A stretch of DNA of 64,000 bases from Yuukianura sp. NJ FZ-2021 (Eukaryota), in the NCBI GenBank assembly GCA_046563655.1, contig CM102285.1:14322001-14386000 (forward strand). Reading direction: 5' to 3'. Numbering within the stretch: the first letter of the stretch is position 1; each line of letters opens with the position of its first letter. Shown here piece by piece: positions 1 to 13,145 of the stretch. Under the pieces are notes generated by a model. The model was not told the origin of the DNA and did no database searches. It saw only the letters and a list, made by a program, of their open reading frames with translations. The position numbers and the translations under genes are program-made.

Positions 1-82
1 TTTCAAAATTTGAAACAAAATTTTCAAATTTTTAAACATTTGGAATTCTTTGGATCACAATTTACGATTTTTGAATTTCCAG

Positions 83-1924
83 TTGCCTTCACCTCCGGAA
101 GCTGTGGACGCATTGAAGTTAGAAACGAGTGATGACTTTGAAATTGTACGTGCCGGTGATTGCATTCCGCCGCCAGAAGGAAGTGCTGCGGAAGTATTTT
201 CCAAATTAGAACACGATTTGCGGGAACAGCTAAAAGTAGGTTTTAAAAACCGTACAAACTAAGTTTAGTTTTCACTTCTTTCCATTTTTTGTGGTTCTAA
301 AAAGTTATGTTCTTTACCACTTTTTGTATAGATGTGTATGACCCATCGGGAACATTTTAAGAACATGGGAGACGTCGCTTCTGGAAATCGATTTGAAAAA
401 ATGGCGGTAGAAACTAAAAAGGATTTAGACGCTTTGAGAGTTTGCATGAAACAAAATGGTGAACTGCCAAAGTACCATTACGAAAACCGGATTTTCAGCA
501 TCACAGAGTACGTTTCAATATTTTTGCAAGTGACAATGTCGTCAATGTCATTTTTGCTTGTGCCAATGTCGTAAACAACATTGATTTTGAAATGTTTTGA
601 CTTGTTTTTCCAGGTGTAACTCGGATTTAGCTGACGACGAAATAGAAATCAGTATTCTGAAAGGCATAAACTACAAAGTTCCAAATCCTACTGACGTTGA
701 CACATTTGTGAAGGCTGAACTCCCATATCCTTCTGTAAGTACAGAATCTATCACTGATGACATGGTCCACTAAATACTTGAAATTCGTTGATCCTCAACC
801 TGATGTACATTTTGACTGTGGTGATTAACGATTTAGTTTTGTCTGGTTCATGGACACAAAAATCAAACAAGTTAAATTTTCAAATAATAAGGATTTGAAT
901 GTTGGATTTGAAACGTTTTGTTGTTGGTTTTAGGCAGAAGAGGCCCAGATGAACAAGACTGGTGTGATTAGAGACACGAATAATCCAGATTACAACATGA
1001 CCTTCAAAATGAAGATCAACAGGACAGCTAGACCATTTCATCGATTTATCCATCGACATGGGGTCAAGTTAGAAGTTTGGTCAAAGGGGTAAGTAATGTG
1101 GATTCAAAAATTTCAAAATTCAAATTCATGACACCAGAATTTCTGTCCCGCTATTTCCTTCGTAATCGATTCATTTTGGCTCAAAGTCAAAATTGACTTC
1201 GTTTGACTTTCCCGATCAGTTTGACATTTGACTTTTTTGCATGACTTTCCTGATCAGTTTGACCTTTGACTTTTGCTTTTTGTCAAACCTTGTTAGAATT
1301 CTGGAGCATGAAACGCGTGTAGTTTTGTATTTGTTGTATTTTTGGTTTTGTGATTATGTCCCACCAGTGGGTTTTGGTACGGCTTCAAAAAACTGATTTT
1401 GTGTCGTAGCGGATTCCTTCGGTCAAGTACGCTCATTGGAACGGCCACAGTCAAACTACTGCCACTGGAGACGAAATGCACGATGCACGATGCCTTTGAC
1501 GTAAGTCATGCACTTTTCTGTTCAATGAGTTGAGCAATTGCTCTCTAGTTACTAAGTAGTTAATTAACTTTCTGGAATTTGGACTCCACTTGTGGGATTT
1601 TGAAAGGAAACTGGTTATTTCTGGATTTAAACTGCTCAACTTCGGACTCTGTGTCTTGAAGTTGTGTTTTGCAATGCCAGATTATAAATTGACTTGAGTT
1701 GCAACACAATTTATCACTTTTACTAACTGACAGGATACAGAAATAACACTTCTTGGAATAGATGAATACATGACCACTGTCACTGACACTTTTGTTACTT
1801 CCAGGTTCTGGAAGGGCGGAGGCCAGTGGGCAAGATAGAGGTCAAGGTGCGACTCCGTGAACCTGTTCTAACTAAGCAAATTACTCAAAGGAAAGAAAAG
1901 TGGCTAACAATCGATCGAGTATGA
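83..1924 (+). CDS. CC2D1: Coiled-coil and C2 domain-containing protein 1 (CC2D1A/B, lethal (2) giant discs-like), 3' part; gene starts before the window
   Basis: GT-AG exons 83-235, 332-507, 614-734, 934-1088, 1410(or 1368)-1500 and 1805-1924 join in frame: ...FSKLEHDLREQLKMCMTHREHFKNMGDVASGNRFEKMA...CNSDLADDEIEISILKGINY...DTFVKAELPYPS...VIRDTNNPDYN...GVKLEVWSKGGFLRSSTLIGTATVKLLPLETKCTMHDAFD...GKIEVKVRLREP...KEKWLTID. This is the Lgd/CC2D1 helical region plus C-terminal C2 domain. Confidence 0.9.
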
Positions 1925-2946
1925 TCAAAAACACTGTGCTAAATGGCGACTTAACTTAAAATTTTAAACTTAATTTCAAACTAACCATAATTTTGCGAAA
2001 AAGCTCAACGAAGTAGTGCTTTAAATTATAAATCGTCACTTGACAAAAATCTACTTAAGAAAATGCCTGCTGATTACTTCATTCCAAAAGTTTAACGGAA
2101 TCATGTAAAAGCCAAAGTTATTTGTAAATTATGTTAATCATTAATTGCGTTAATTGAGATAATTTAGCCACGGTTAGTAAGTTTGCTTTGTTTTTGTAAT
2201 TTATGTGATATGGCGCAGTGCGTGTAATAAAAAAATTGTTCTAAAAACCGAACTCGAGATGAGTGTTCAATGAAAAAGAAAAATCTTGAAACTGGAACAA
2301 GCATTCGACTTTTTTTTAGAACGTTTATTTTGAAAAAAGATTTATTTTGTAAAATATAATAATTAATTAGAGTATTGCAGTACAGTGTAAGACTCTCGTT
2401 AATTATTTGTAATATTGTTTATATCCCATTATAAATGCTTAAAATTTATTTCTTCACATGCGTTCATAAATAAAATCCCGTACATTTCCTTCCAAAAGAG
2501 CTTTTGCTTTTTCAAAATTTTGAAAAACACTTTTTAGCACTTTTCATGGCACTTCCTTGAGCCACACTTAATTAATTAAGTAATTGTAATTAAAATTGGA
2601 TACCACTTCTACAAAGAGGTACCCGGAAGACTAGGAGCATATAGTATGTATTTGACCTTTGACCTTGCCATTTTTGTACATTCGTTCAGTCAACCACCCC
2701 ATAATCATTTTGTTTTTGCTGTCTTAACAGGATATCCAACCCAGCGTTTCTAAATTTCGAAATTTCCAAACAAGAATTTAAAAAACAAAACAAGTAAACC
2801 AAGAATTTTGAAATTTCTGAAATTATAACTGTGAAGGCAACACAAAACTTAAAATAAAAACGCAAAACCCGCAAGAATTTTTGAAAATGTTTCCAAACGG
2901 AATCTAATAGCTGCGACTACTGCATTTTCCGAGCGTTTTCGAGAAA

Positions 2947-5900
2947 CTACTGCCGAACAGTAACGAGTGCCGGTTGTTCCTGCGGAGTTGCTGGAAAGTA
3001 GAACCGAAATGCTGGAGCAATTTGTGTTTCCTTGCCAACAACACTTTTCTTTTGGTCCTTGACGTGACGACGAGCATGTTTGGCCAAGTGATCAGACCTT
3101 AGAAAGCGTCTTCCACAGGAATTGCATGCAAAACGTTTTTCACCCGTGTGAGTCCGACGGTGACGTGACAACTCATCGGATCTGGAGAACTTTCGTCCAC
3201 AATTTTCCCAGATACAGGCAAATGGTTTCTCTCCTGCAAAACAACAATTAAGTTAAAGTTAGCTAAAATTAGTCAACTTGGTCATTAACTTTCGTTGAGC
3301 TTTTGGTTTTTATCACTGTCAAGCAGGATCTGGCGTAACGGAAATGTACAGGCGAAACTCAATTAGTAAAGTAATTAACGCTAAAAATGTTTCAAAAGCA
3401 AGGAAAAGTTGATTTTTATCGTCACGTTAACGTTTTAGATGTGCTTGCAATTGGTAAATTTAAAAAAGCTTACCAGTATGAGTGCGTTCATGTGCTTTCA
3501 AATGTGAAGATTTGTAGTAAGTTTTTCCACAGCCTTCACGGAGACATGCGTAGGTTCGACGTCGTTCTGGAACAACCTTGGTCGTCACTGGCACCATTTT
3601 GTGTTGCGGGAAAATCAAAGTTCCGTTTGTACCGAAATGCGGTGCGTTGCTAACTGTTTGTTGCGGGTTCTGGATTTGTGCTGGAAGGTTCATTCTGATT
3701 GGTTCTGGTCCTCCAAAGTTCATTTTGATTGGTTCCGGCCCTCCTGTTGACATGACTGACGATGGGATGCAAAGAAGTGGTCCAGGATTTTGCGTTCCGA
3801 CTGGAATGAGTGTCATGAGTGGTAGTAGCTTGGGTGCTATTGCTATGGGACGAATACTTGGATCTGCAAAAAACATAATCGCTGATTTAAAAATGGCTGA
3901 TTCACACAATCGCTGATTAAACCATTAATCGATTAACTTACTTTTGGCATGGGACATGAGATTCGTCTGTTCCTTGGTAAATACTGGGACGTGCGTAGAG
4001 GTAGCGATGTGGGAGCCCTTAGGGCCATCGCCACAGCTATCTACCACGTCCCCCCGCGAAGGAATATTTTTGTCTCTATGGCCACTCGTCATCTCCGTTC
4101 CGTCTGTCTTGCGACTCGGTAAGTCCTTCTGCGACGGCGTGTCTTTCATTGGTACATCAGCAAAAACACGTCGAGGGAGGTCAGGAGGCACGAAGTTCCC
4201 ATAGTCATATCCATGATTCCAGGGCATCGGTTTGACATTTCCATTGGTTTGTTCAAAAGTTCCATCCCGTTTGGCCAGCATAATGACAGACGCCCTCTGC
4301 TGGACCGGCGGAGTCCATGCTTTGACTGGTTCTTGAACAGGAGACTTTGGCATGACCAAATCCATTGGAACTAGGGTTTTGCTGTGCCATCCAGGAAATC
4401 TTTCGCGTTCTTCATCTGATTCCATGTCACAGTCTGACGATTGTGGGGTCAGCGGTCCACCGTTGCTTAATCCAGGAAGGTGTGATGAGCCATGTGACAT
4501 ATGCGGCGGATAGGCTGTGACCCCAGGCATATCTGCTGGACCACATGAAATCTTCTGAAATTGCAAAATCAAAAAATCTCCAATTAATATTCCATTTCAC
4601 ACGAGATATTTCGGTGTTGATCATTCTACGGTAGAATTTCTCCCAAAAAAAACTCATGTGAGTCAGTAGTGTCACATGATTTACAATTTAGTACTCGCAA
4701 GTAGTATTGCAAGAGGCAAATCTACGTGTCAATCACTCTAAAGGTAATGGATGACCCGTGTTAATAAGGTTGACCTTGAGACGTATTTTGAAAAGCGTAA
4801 AAGTCCAAAGTCGATGCATAATTGCACATAATTGGGAATGCCAAACTACTTCATATGTAGATTGCTATCTCTCCCAAAAATGAAGATCCCGTCTGTTACG
4901 TCATAGGATTTCTAAAAACTTTGTGGTACGTCATATTTTTTCTAAAATTTTGATCTCTCCCAAGTTTAGCTTTGTCTAAACGAAAGAATTTTTCCATCAT
5001 GACTCCAGGTCATGGACCATGCTGTGCATCTTCCAGCTCAAAAGTACTCAAAGCGTTACATAGTTCAAGAAAGTATTGGGAAATGTGTGCTGTTGCGTCG
5101 TGTGAATCCAGATGCCATTGCTTCATCCTCGTATCTCTTGAGATGGCTTCATCTTCTTGTCTTCTTCATCATCAATATCATCTCTGGGTGTGATGATCAT
5201 GATGGCATGCGATAGTAATAGTAGCCTCAAAGTAAGCCAAAGTCAAACATCATTTTTCTAAAACGCCGAAACATTCAATAAAGAAACTAAAAAAAAACTT
5301 TTTCATAAAAAAAATCAGCAACGTTGGAAATTCGTTTCAGAAATATCCTGTTTTATCCAGTGATACACTCGATAAAGTTCTCAAGTTGAGTCACTTAAGT
5401 GAAAAAATGGGATTGGCCGAGTTCTTAAGATGAGAGATGACTATGACTGTCATCTTTTTAGCATTGTGTCACTTGATAGCGGCTGAAGTGTGACACGGAC
5501 GAAGTCCGTCCCATAACATTCGTTTTAGTCAAGGAACGGATACATTGTAACCCGATCGTTGACCACGTGAAATGTCCGTGTAAGTTACTAAAAGTCGCAA
5601 TTAAAGCTGGACTTTCACCTTGGTTTTTAAGATGAAATTGACCCTACCCCCAGACAAACCACAAGATTAGGATGTCGTCGCAAGTCGTTTTGTTTCAAGA
5701 GTCAATGTCCAGTGAAGTCCATTCTCATTCTCTCAACATGATCTTGTCATGATCATGCACATTCAGGCACAGATCACTCCCAGGACACACCCATTTAAAA
5801 CAACCTTTGGCCACCAGTACTTCAAATACTCATCAGTCAATAAACTAGTCAACTTGCGTCACCCATTCAACTTAACAACTTTAAAGTACGGCTTGCCATT

Positions 5901-6478
5901 ACAATAAACATCCCCGTAAACTTTACAAAGTAAAGTACGCCTAGTGTTTGTAGTTTTTGTGCAAAAACTAATGTTGACCTTGACGAACAATGCAAGGGAA
6001 AGTGCTTTCCCCATCCATGCATAGCGTCAGTCCAGAGTCCAATATTCAGCAGCGCTCAATTTTTTGCTCTCAATTACTTTTGTCCTCTCGACTGCATCTT
6101 TGCATCAGACTCACAAACAATTGCAATAACAACAGCCTCTTGCCCACTTTTGGCATTCGCAAAATAACAATTTAACGGACTTAATGACATGCACGCACAA
6201 AGACAAACGTAATGTTCAATTGCTCATGTCCATTTCATTTTCGTTACTAGGCGACCTTTGAGACGATGGACAAGTGAGTCACAGATCCCGATAGCTCACA
6301 AATCACAATTTAGTTTAAACGTCAGAATCTACCCCAAAAACGTTTGTTAAACGTTGAATTAATCAGTTTGAATTACCTTGTAGTAACGGTAGTTGTGATA
6401 TGTCTGCTGATCCTCCGATTCGTCTCCACTAAGTGGCGGTGTGCAAGGTGGAGACAAGAGGGATAAGTTAAGTGCCAT
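2947..6478 (-). CDS. cbt: Kruppel-like factor, KLF10/11 (TIEG/cabut) type
   Basis: Exons 6478-6377 ([23 protein letters not shown]...), 4554-3942, 3863-3474 and 3233-2947 splice in frame. Three C-terminal KLF fingers ([26 protein letters not shown]...[20 protein letters not shown]...[12 protein letters not shown]). The SPPx[10 protein letters not shown] and ASVIM motifs resemble cabut/TIEG. Confidence 0.85.
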
Positions 6479-6568
6479 TATGACTTATTGTCCTTAAGTG
6501 TCCAAGATGATTCCAGAAGCACTTTAGTTGAGTAACTGAAGTTAGAGTTAACTGTTGTAGTTAATTAA

Positions 6569-6676
6569 GAGGGCGGGGGTGGTTTGTTTAGAGGGTGTGT
6601 GTCCTGTGACGAATGTGGACCAACTGACTGTATTGCGTCCATGAACACAAGGCTTTGTTGTGCCTCTGTCCACGTG
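6569..6676 (-). promoter_or_regulatory. GC box/CACCC box and E-box upstream of the KLF start codon, probably inside a 5'UTR intron (about 6536-6747)
   Basis: GAGGGCGGGGGTGG at 6569, GAGGGTGTG at 6591 and CACGTG at 6671. A minus-strand GTAAGT donor lies near 6747 and a CTAAC..TTCAG acceptor near 6536. Confidence 0.4.
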
Positions 6677-7886
6677 AGAGACGGCTGACAGGATCGTGCT
6701 TAGGCTGTGGCAGACCAAAGGCCCACGGATGCAAACAACCACTTACGCATTACTACTCTCTCATTCAATGATTCAATCCACTCTGTAGACATGTCGAAGA
6801 CCAAAACAAACTTATATTTTATTATAATTCATATATTATAATATATAAATATGTTTTAAGCACACATTTTATTATATATATATTATTAAAGGCATGTTTT
6901 GCTGGCAACATCGCCGCTTTTTCCCGGATGTTGCCAGCAATTTTTCTTTTGTTTTTAAAAGGTTAAAGTTTAAAAAATTCATGTTTAAAAAACAAGGATT
7001 TTCAAAAGCATGTATGCAAAGTGTCACGTAACTTCAATTAACAGAAAACAGTCGTTCAAAACCACAAATTAACGTATAATTGTATAAACTAGGGTATTGG
7101 TTTGTAATCAGTTCTATTATACATTTTTTTTGACGTTTTTTGAACGTAAACAATATTTTTTTAGGTTTTTTTTTTACATAGAAATTCAGGACTTCAGCAG
7201 CCCTTTCTGTGTTTTAACGCATGTAGAAAAACAAAAATTTAGTTTTAAATTGAATTTGAGGTTGGAAAATGTGTAAATATTTGGATTTGAATTTTTTCTT
7301 TTTTTGAAGAAAAGAGTTGCTTCGACAGGTAGGAGGGTGTGAGCAATGTTGTGATCATCCAGTAACCAGCCCATCCAAGTCCAAAGTGCACGCAACCCCA
7401 CCACCTCCACCGCCGCCACACCCCTTCCCCATCCTTATGCTATGCATCACCTTCAATGTGCATGAACTTGCAAAAAAATTGCAAAAAACATTGCGAAAAA
7501 ATTGCAAAACAATGTTTTAAGAGCAACTGGGTATTAAATTAAATTATGCGATGTGAAATTTCTTCTTGTCTTCTGTGGATTCTGGATAAGCTTAGACTTT
7601 AATTTAACCACCTTATAATTAGTTATTTCATGCACAACAATTATTTCTTCAATTAATTAACTAATTACTAGAAATTAGTTAACTTAACTTAACTAGTAAT
7701 TAAATAATTACTTGGGCCAAAAGTAACAAAACCCTACAACTTATTCATCTAAATAACATTCCTTCAACATCAAATCTTCCTAAAAAAAACTTTGGTTTAA
7801 AAAACACAGTTCTCACAAGTTGAAAAAAAAATGACAAGAATTTAGCAAAAACGTTTCAAAATCCAACCGTCTTTTTCTAAAACAGG

Positions 7887-7963
7887 GGGATACTTGCAGT
7901 ATAAATTAGGATGCTTGCAGTGGGATACTTGCAGTATAAATTGGGATGCTTGCAGTATAAATT
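7887..7963. repeat. Short tandem repeat (GGATRCTTGCAGT(ATAAATT), about 4 units) just downstream of the zinc-finger gene stop
   Basis: gggatacttgcagtataaatt aggatgcttgcagt gggatacttgcagtataaatt gggatgcttgcagtataaatt. Confidence 0.8.
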
Positions 7964-7989
7964 TGGGTCAGGTGACTTTAGTTCCTTTT

Positions 7990-10900
7990 TCAGTGATTAT
8001 TGGTTGAAGTTGGCGGGAGATTGAGATGCTGTCTGCTCGCTCCAAAGATTTGGGCAACTTGTGCTGGCGCATATACTGGCCCCACCGGTTGCAGTTGATC
8101 CCACGGCAGTTGTGGACCATCTCTTAAGTTGATTGTCGGCATCAACAGTGGAATTCCCATCTGACCCAGCGCTCTATCATTCCCTTGCAGTGGAATCATA
8201 GAACACACGCCCAGCTCCTCCAGTCGCTTCAACTTGCTCGCGTCCATTCTAGTCATATCCAGGAGCGGAATGAACAGAGATCGCTGGGATGCTGCCGAAC
8301 TACTGGACGGTCGCCCAACATTTGTCGTCCGAATACTTTGACCTTGACCTTGCTGCTGTGTTCTCAATGGTGGCGAAGGCAGAGTTTGACTTTGTCCCGG
8401 ACCAGTCACTGGCCGAAGTCCATGACGATGAATCTTGTGTTCCTCTAGATTCGCTAAAGAATTAAACAGGACTCCACATTGGTTGCAAGCTACTGCTGGA
8501 CGATTCGGCGCTCTTTGGTTGCTTGGCAACTGATTCCGCCTGTCCAAGTACCGTGACTGTTGAGCACCATACGCCGCGGCAGCATTGACTTCGTCCGAGG
8601 TCAAATCCACCGTTGGTGGACGATCTGGACGGTCCAGTGAAGACGACCTTGGAGCCGGATTCTGTGGCATCGCAAACTGATGATTCGAAGGTGGACTAGG
8701 AGTAGAACCGTGATGACTTCCATTCTGTATCACCGAAACCGAATTCGGGGGAGACCGGATCGGTGAAGTACGATCGGTAATCTGCATGCGATGAACCGGT
8801 ATGCCACCGTTATCGGTCAGACTTGTCGTAGGAGATGCCGGAGAGACCGTGACACCTCGAACGGCCAAGGCGCTTGTCACATTATTAGTTGTTGGTCCAA
8901 CAGGAGACTTCTGCGCCTGTCCAGAACCGATAGAACTTCGAAGTACGGACAAGTTTGGATTCTGAATGTCATTTCTGGAGTCTCCAGAACAGACACTGAG
9001 TGTGATCGAACTTCCAAGTCGCACGCCAGCATTGCCCAAAGTTGTCGCAAGTTGACCTTGACCTTGACCTGACACGTCTGTTCTGCTTATGGACAAACTC
9101 CCTTGCTGCTGTATTCTTCTGTCTCTATCGTCCATCCGAGGCTGTTTCTGGAGCGAACTTATGATTTCCTGCGTTGAAGGCCTTTTTCCCAAAATATTCT
9201 GCGATGATGCATTGCTGTATTGCTGTAAATGACTTTGCTGCGATCGGATTTGGCGCTGCTGCAGTTCCAAGTCCATCATTATTGCTTGTTGGCGCTGCAA
9301 GTCAGCTGACGCTTGAGCGTGTCGCTGCAAATCCATTGACGCTTGAGCCTGTCGCTGCTGCTCTTGCTGCTGTCTGGATCGCATTCTTTCCTGCTGCAGC
9401 ATCTGATACTGCAGTTGTTGCCTCTGGTGGTGAGCCATAGCCATCACGTGGTTTCTTTGCTGCTGAGCAGAGGGAGGAGCTTGTCTACTGTTGGACAACG
9501 ACATTCCGTCGACAATTCTGTTGCCATCCGGAATTCTGTTGCCATCGACAATTCTGTTGCCATCTTGGTCTCTTCCTCCAACGGGTAACGGCCTTTGAGC
9601 GCCCAGTTGAACGACAGAGTTGAGTGCATTATGTAGTGCATTTGGGTAGGTTTTGTTCGGAGGTGGGTCTCCACGTCCACTTTGCGTTGGTGGCTGCGGT
9701 GGCTGTTGACTCCCATACTGGAATGGAGCTGAATGTAGAAGTGATGCTGGAGGTCGCGAGGACAACGGCGGTGGGTTTCGGTTCAACTGTGCTTGGAGGT
9801 TGGCCAATGACCTTGAAATTGACACGTGACCTTCGGGGGGTGACCTCTGCGGCAAGGAATCTGCAAAAAAAAACAGTCGCTTTAATTTTAACTTTGAAAA
9901 ATCGAAGAATCACAAAATTGTAAAACCATGAAGATGAAATCATAAAATCGTTAAAATGTGAAATCGTAAAATTGTCAAATCTCAAATCACAGAATTTTCA
10001 AATCATGAAATCGTAAAATTCTAAACTTGTAAACTTTACCATAAGAAGGCGCTGGAGCAATATGCCTGGGAATAATGCTTCTCTCCGCAATTCCATTTCC
10101 CGACATGCTGGAATGTGCTGTCGATGCTGTTCTCATAATCAGCGACGACTGTGCTGCCAGTGGCGGTGCTGGAACAGCATCCGGTCTCATGAAAAACTGC
10201 GAATTAGTAAAATTTCCATTCGTGACTCGGAATTCCGTCAGACGCTCATCCGAAGTCCTTCTCTCACGACTTCCTTGCGGTGGGGGGAGATGCTGCGTTG
10301 GAAAATTGTGCAGTAGATTCTCAGAAGTTCTAAAAATGCTGCTACTGGAACTAGCATGTGCTGGCGGTGGCATTGGTCCGTCCACGTCTCCACTTCCCAC
10401 AAACGGACTTTCTGGTGGCTCCAGTATATTGTTAGCAATTCCACGGAAATGGGCTTCACTAAAATGTGTTTCCAGTTCATCATCTGAGGTGAACAGAGCA
10501 TTGCACACTTTGCAGCGAAAGTCATCAGCTTCTTCTGCTCCATCTCGCGGACTATCTTCGTCAATCACCAGCTCACTATTGGTCCGACTGTCGCCCAATC
10601 CGGAGTCGTCTACGTCAACCTCTTCACTCTGATTGGACTGCGCCGAGTCTCTTCTAGCCACTGACGTAATCGGCAGATGCTCAATTTCAATTCCGCAGGG
10701 GAGTGTAATATGGATCGGCATGGAGTTAGGAACTTCTGAAAACGAATTTCGCCCATCGTTGGCGATCTCAGATTCGGCTTCATTCGGGAAATGTTCTTTC
10801 GGAGAATCTTGCGGGATTGATTCTTGCGGTGGTCCAGTATCTGATGGTGACTCGTTGCCATCTCTAATATTGCCATCTCCAATGGCAACCTGGAGTTGCA

Positions 10901-11039
10901 TGTTGTCACTGTCGCTGGAGTTGTTGCCACTGTCTCTTTGGACATCAATGTCTTTGTTAAGTAGGCCGTTTCCATTGGGAATCTCTTCTGAAATCATTGC
11001 AGTTACTTGTTCTGACATTGGGCTTGAAAATGGAGACAT
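7990..11039 (-). CDS. Large low-complexity nuclear protein with two isolated C2H2 zinc fingers, a Q-rich region and a SUMO-interacting-like motif
   Basis: Exons about 11096-10040 (first ATG at 11039) and 9860-7990 join in phase 1. Fingers CKVCNALFTSDDELETHFSEAH and CNQCGVLFNSLANLEEHKIHRH; PPTVDLTSDE motif. A probable non-coding first exon has a donor near 11963. Confidence 0.75.
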
Positions 11040-13145
11040 ATTCAGAATACTGGGAGATTTTAGACTGTTGTGTTTGAGGTGTGGTTCCTTGTCAACCTGA
11101 AAGTAGTTACAAAACAACATAATTAGTTAAAAATGTTAAGGTAATAAAAAAAACTTGATTAGTAAGTTACATTTAAAAGTAAGTCTCTATTGTAAATCTA
11201 GCTCAACCAATTTCCAATTTCTTACTGAATCTCTCGTCTCTCGAAAAGTAAAAGCAGAATTTTTTGAAATCAAAAAGTTCATAAAACTTGTCAATTGACC
11301 TCAAATAATAACACGTAGACTAGTGTCAATCAAAAGAAATTAAAGCTTCACTAAACTTAATCGTATGCATTCAACGAACTCTTAAAACAATTGTGAAAAT
11401 TTTCAATTTCCAAAAACTGTCCATAAAATGCCAAAAATCGGGAGTATCGTCCTAAAAGAATTGAAAATTATTGAAAAACTCAAAAAATGCTTCTCTGCAT
11501 AAAATTTTAAGATTTTTTTTGCTGCAATTTCAACCCAAAAAAATTAGGTTCACCAAACTTCACAAACAATTAAAATTACAAAGTTAAATTTTCAATTATG
11601 TCTTCCTTTTCGAAATTTTGACACCGAAGAACTGCTAAAAGTGAAAAAAATATTGTCAAAACTGATAAAAAAAAAATTAATTTATAATTTGAAAATTTGA
11701 TTGCAAAGTTAATTAATTTAATTAATTAATTGTTACCAAAACATTATAGAGAATTAGAACTAATTCAGATTTGAAAATAAAGACTTTGAAAATTGGCAAA
11801 AAAAAAAAAAAAAATGAAAAACCAATTTGAAAATCCAAATTACGAAGGTAAAGGTGAATCCAACACTGAAATTAGTCTGTAAAGCCCAAATGAATTAAAA
11901 CCAAACTTTGATTTTTCGTTTTAACTTACAAATTCTCCGAATTTTGAAATTTTATGTGAATACCTGGAACTATTTTCTGAACTTTTTGTTGCGTCACAGA
12001 CATGTGGAAAACACAAGTGTTTCAGTTTAAAAACTAGCAATTGTTCTAAGAGTGGGGACACAACGGTTTGGGGGCGGTGGTGAACAATTCAATTACCATA
12101 AGAATCCCAATCCCAGATTTTTCTGCTCTTTTAAGTTATTCGAAATTGCAAATTTCCAATTTGCAAATCAAAACATCTTTTTTGCCACTTGTCGCCAAAA
12201 TCACCACTTTTTGCACCACCCAATTCCCAAACTTTTTTTCCTAAAGAAAAACTTCCCATTCCCTCTTCGCCTTCTAATTTTCTCCACTTAAAAACCTCCC
12301 CCATTCAGATGCAACTTTTTAAAAAGCAGAAAAAAAAAATTTTTTACGTCAATTTTCGTCACCAATCATCAATTACTGCGACGATTTTGACGTCGCAGCT
12401 TTTTTTTGTCGTCCCTAACTTTTGGTTGGAGTAAGGTTTAACGCTCGTCATTCTAGTCACGCGGTGTTGCCACTTTGTGGCTACACTCTGCGGCAACTTA
12501 TGTCGCCACTTTGGCCGGGGTGGCTACACGATGTGGCTACAATGACAGGCGATAATCCTTACCTCGCCCTAAATTTTAGCTAAAATTCAAGGCCATCAGC
12601 CCCGTGTTGGTCGTCACGTGAAAGCGCGTCAAAAGAATTCTATCCTGACGTGTTTTACAAAATATTTGCACAAATCCATACTTTTTCCGAAGATCGCAAA
12701 CTGATAACTTCCGCTTATTGCAAAACCGCAAACAATGATTTTCAAAATTAAATTGTCAAAAAATACTGATACTGCCTGATGATACTTTAAATTTTTTTTT
12801 TATACTTTGGTCCTTACGATTCACAAACTAAGTCACCGGGTTTCCTTATCTTTATCTTGTCCACGTGACCAGTATCCAGCATCTATTTCACAAGTATCCA
12901 GTATCTACTCGCGTCCGTCGCGCGTCGATTAGATTTTAGATACTATGCATGTTACAACAATGTCTAAAGTACTTCACTTTTTTACGCCTTTTCAGTACAT
13001 CTATTAATAAAAACTAGCTAGGTAATTGTGATTCGTAGAAAAATGTCAATGGGGTGACCAATTAATTAAAAAGTTAAATGTTAACGTAAACAATCAAATC
13101 AAATCAATTTTCAAGAATCACATTAACTAAAAAGCCCAACTTGAA

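Noticed and set aside
755..803. TGATGA...CTGA pair in a CC2D1 intron
   Set aside because: Only about 50 nt with no guide or terminal stem; too short for a C/D snoRNA.
4972..5260. Short ORFs in the KLF intron
   Set aside because: No recognisable motif or usable splice sites; the flanking KLF exons already join in frame.
8185..11100. Several long plus-strand ORFs opposite the zinc-finger gene
   Set aside because: Antisense shadows of a GC-richer, low-complexity coding region.
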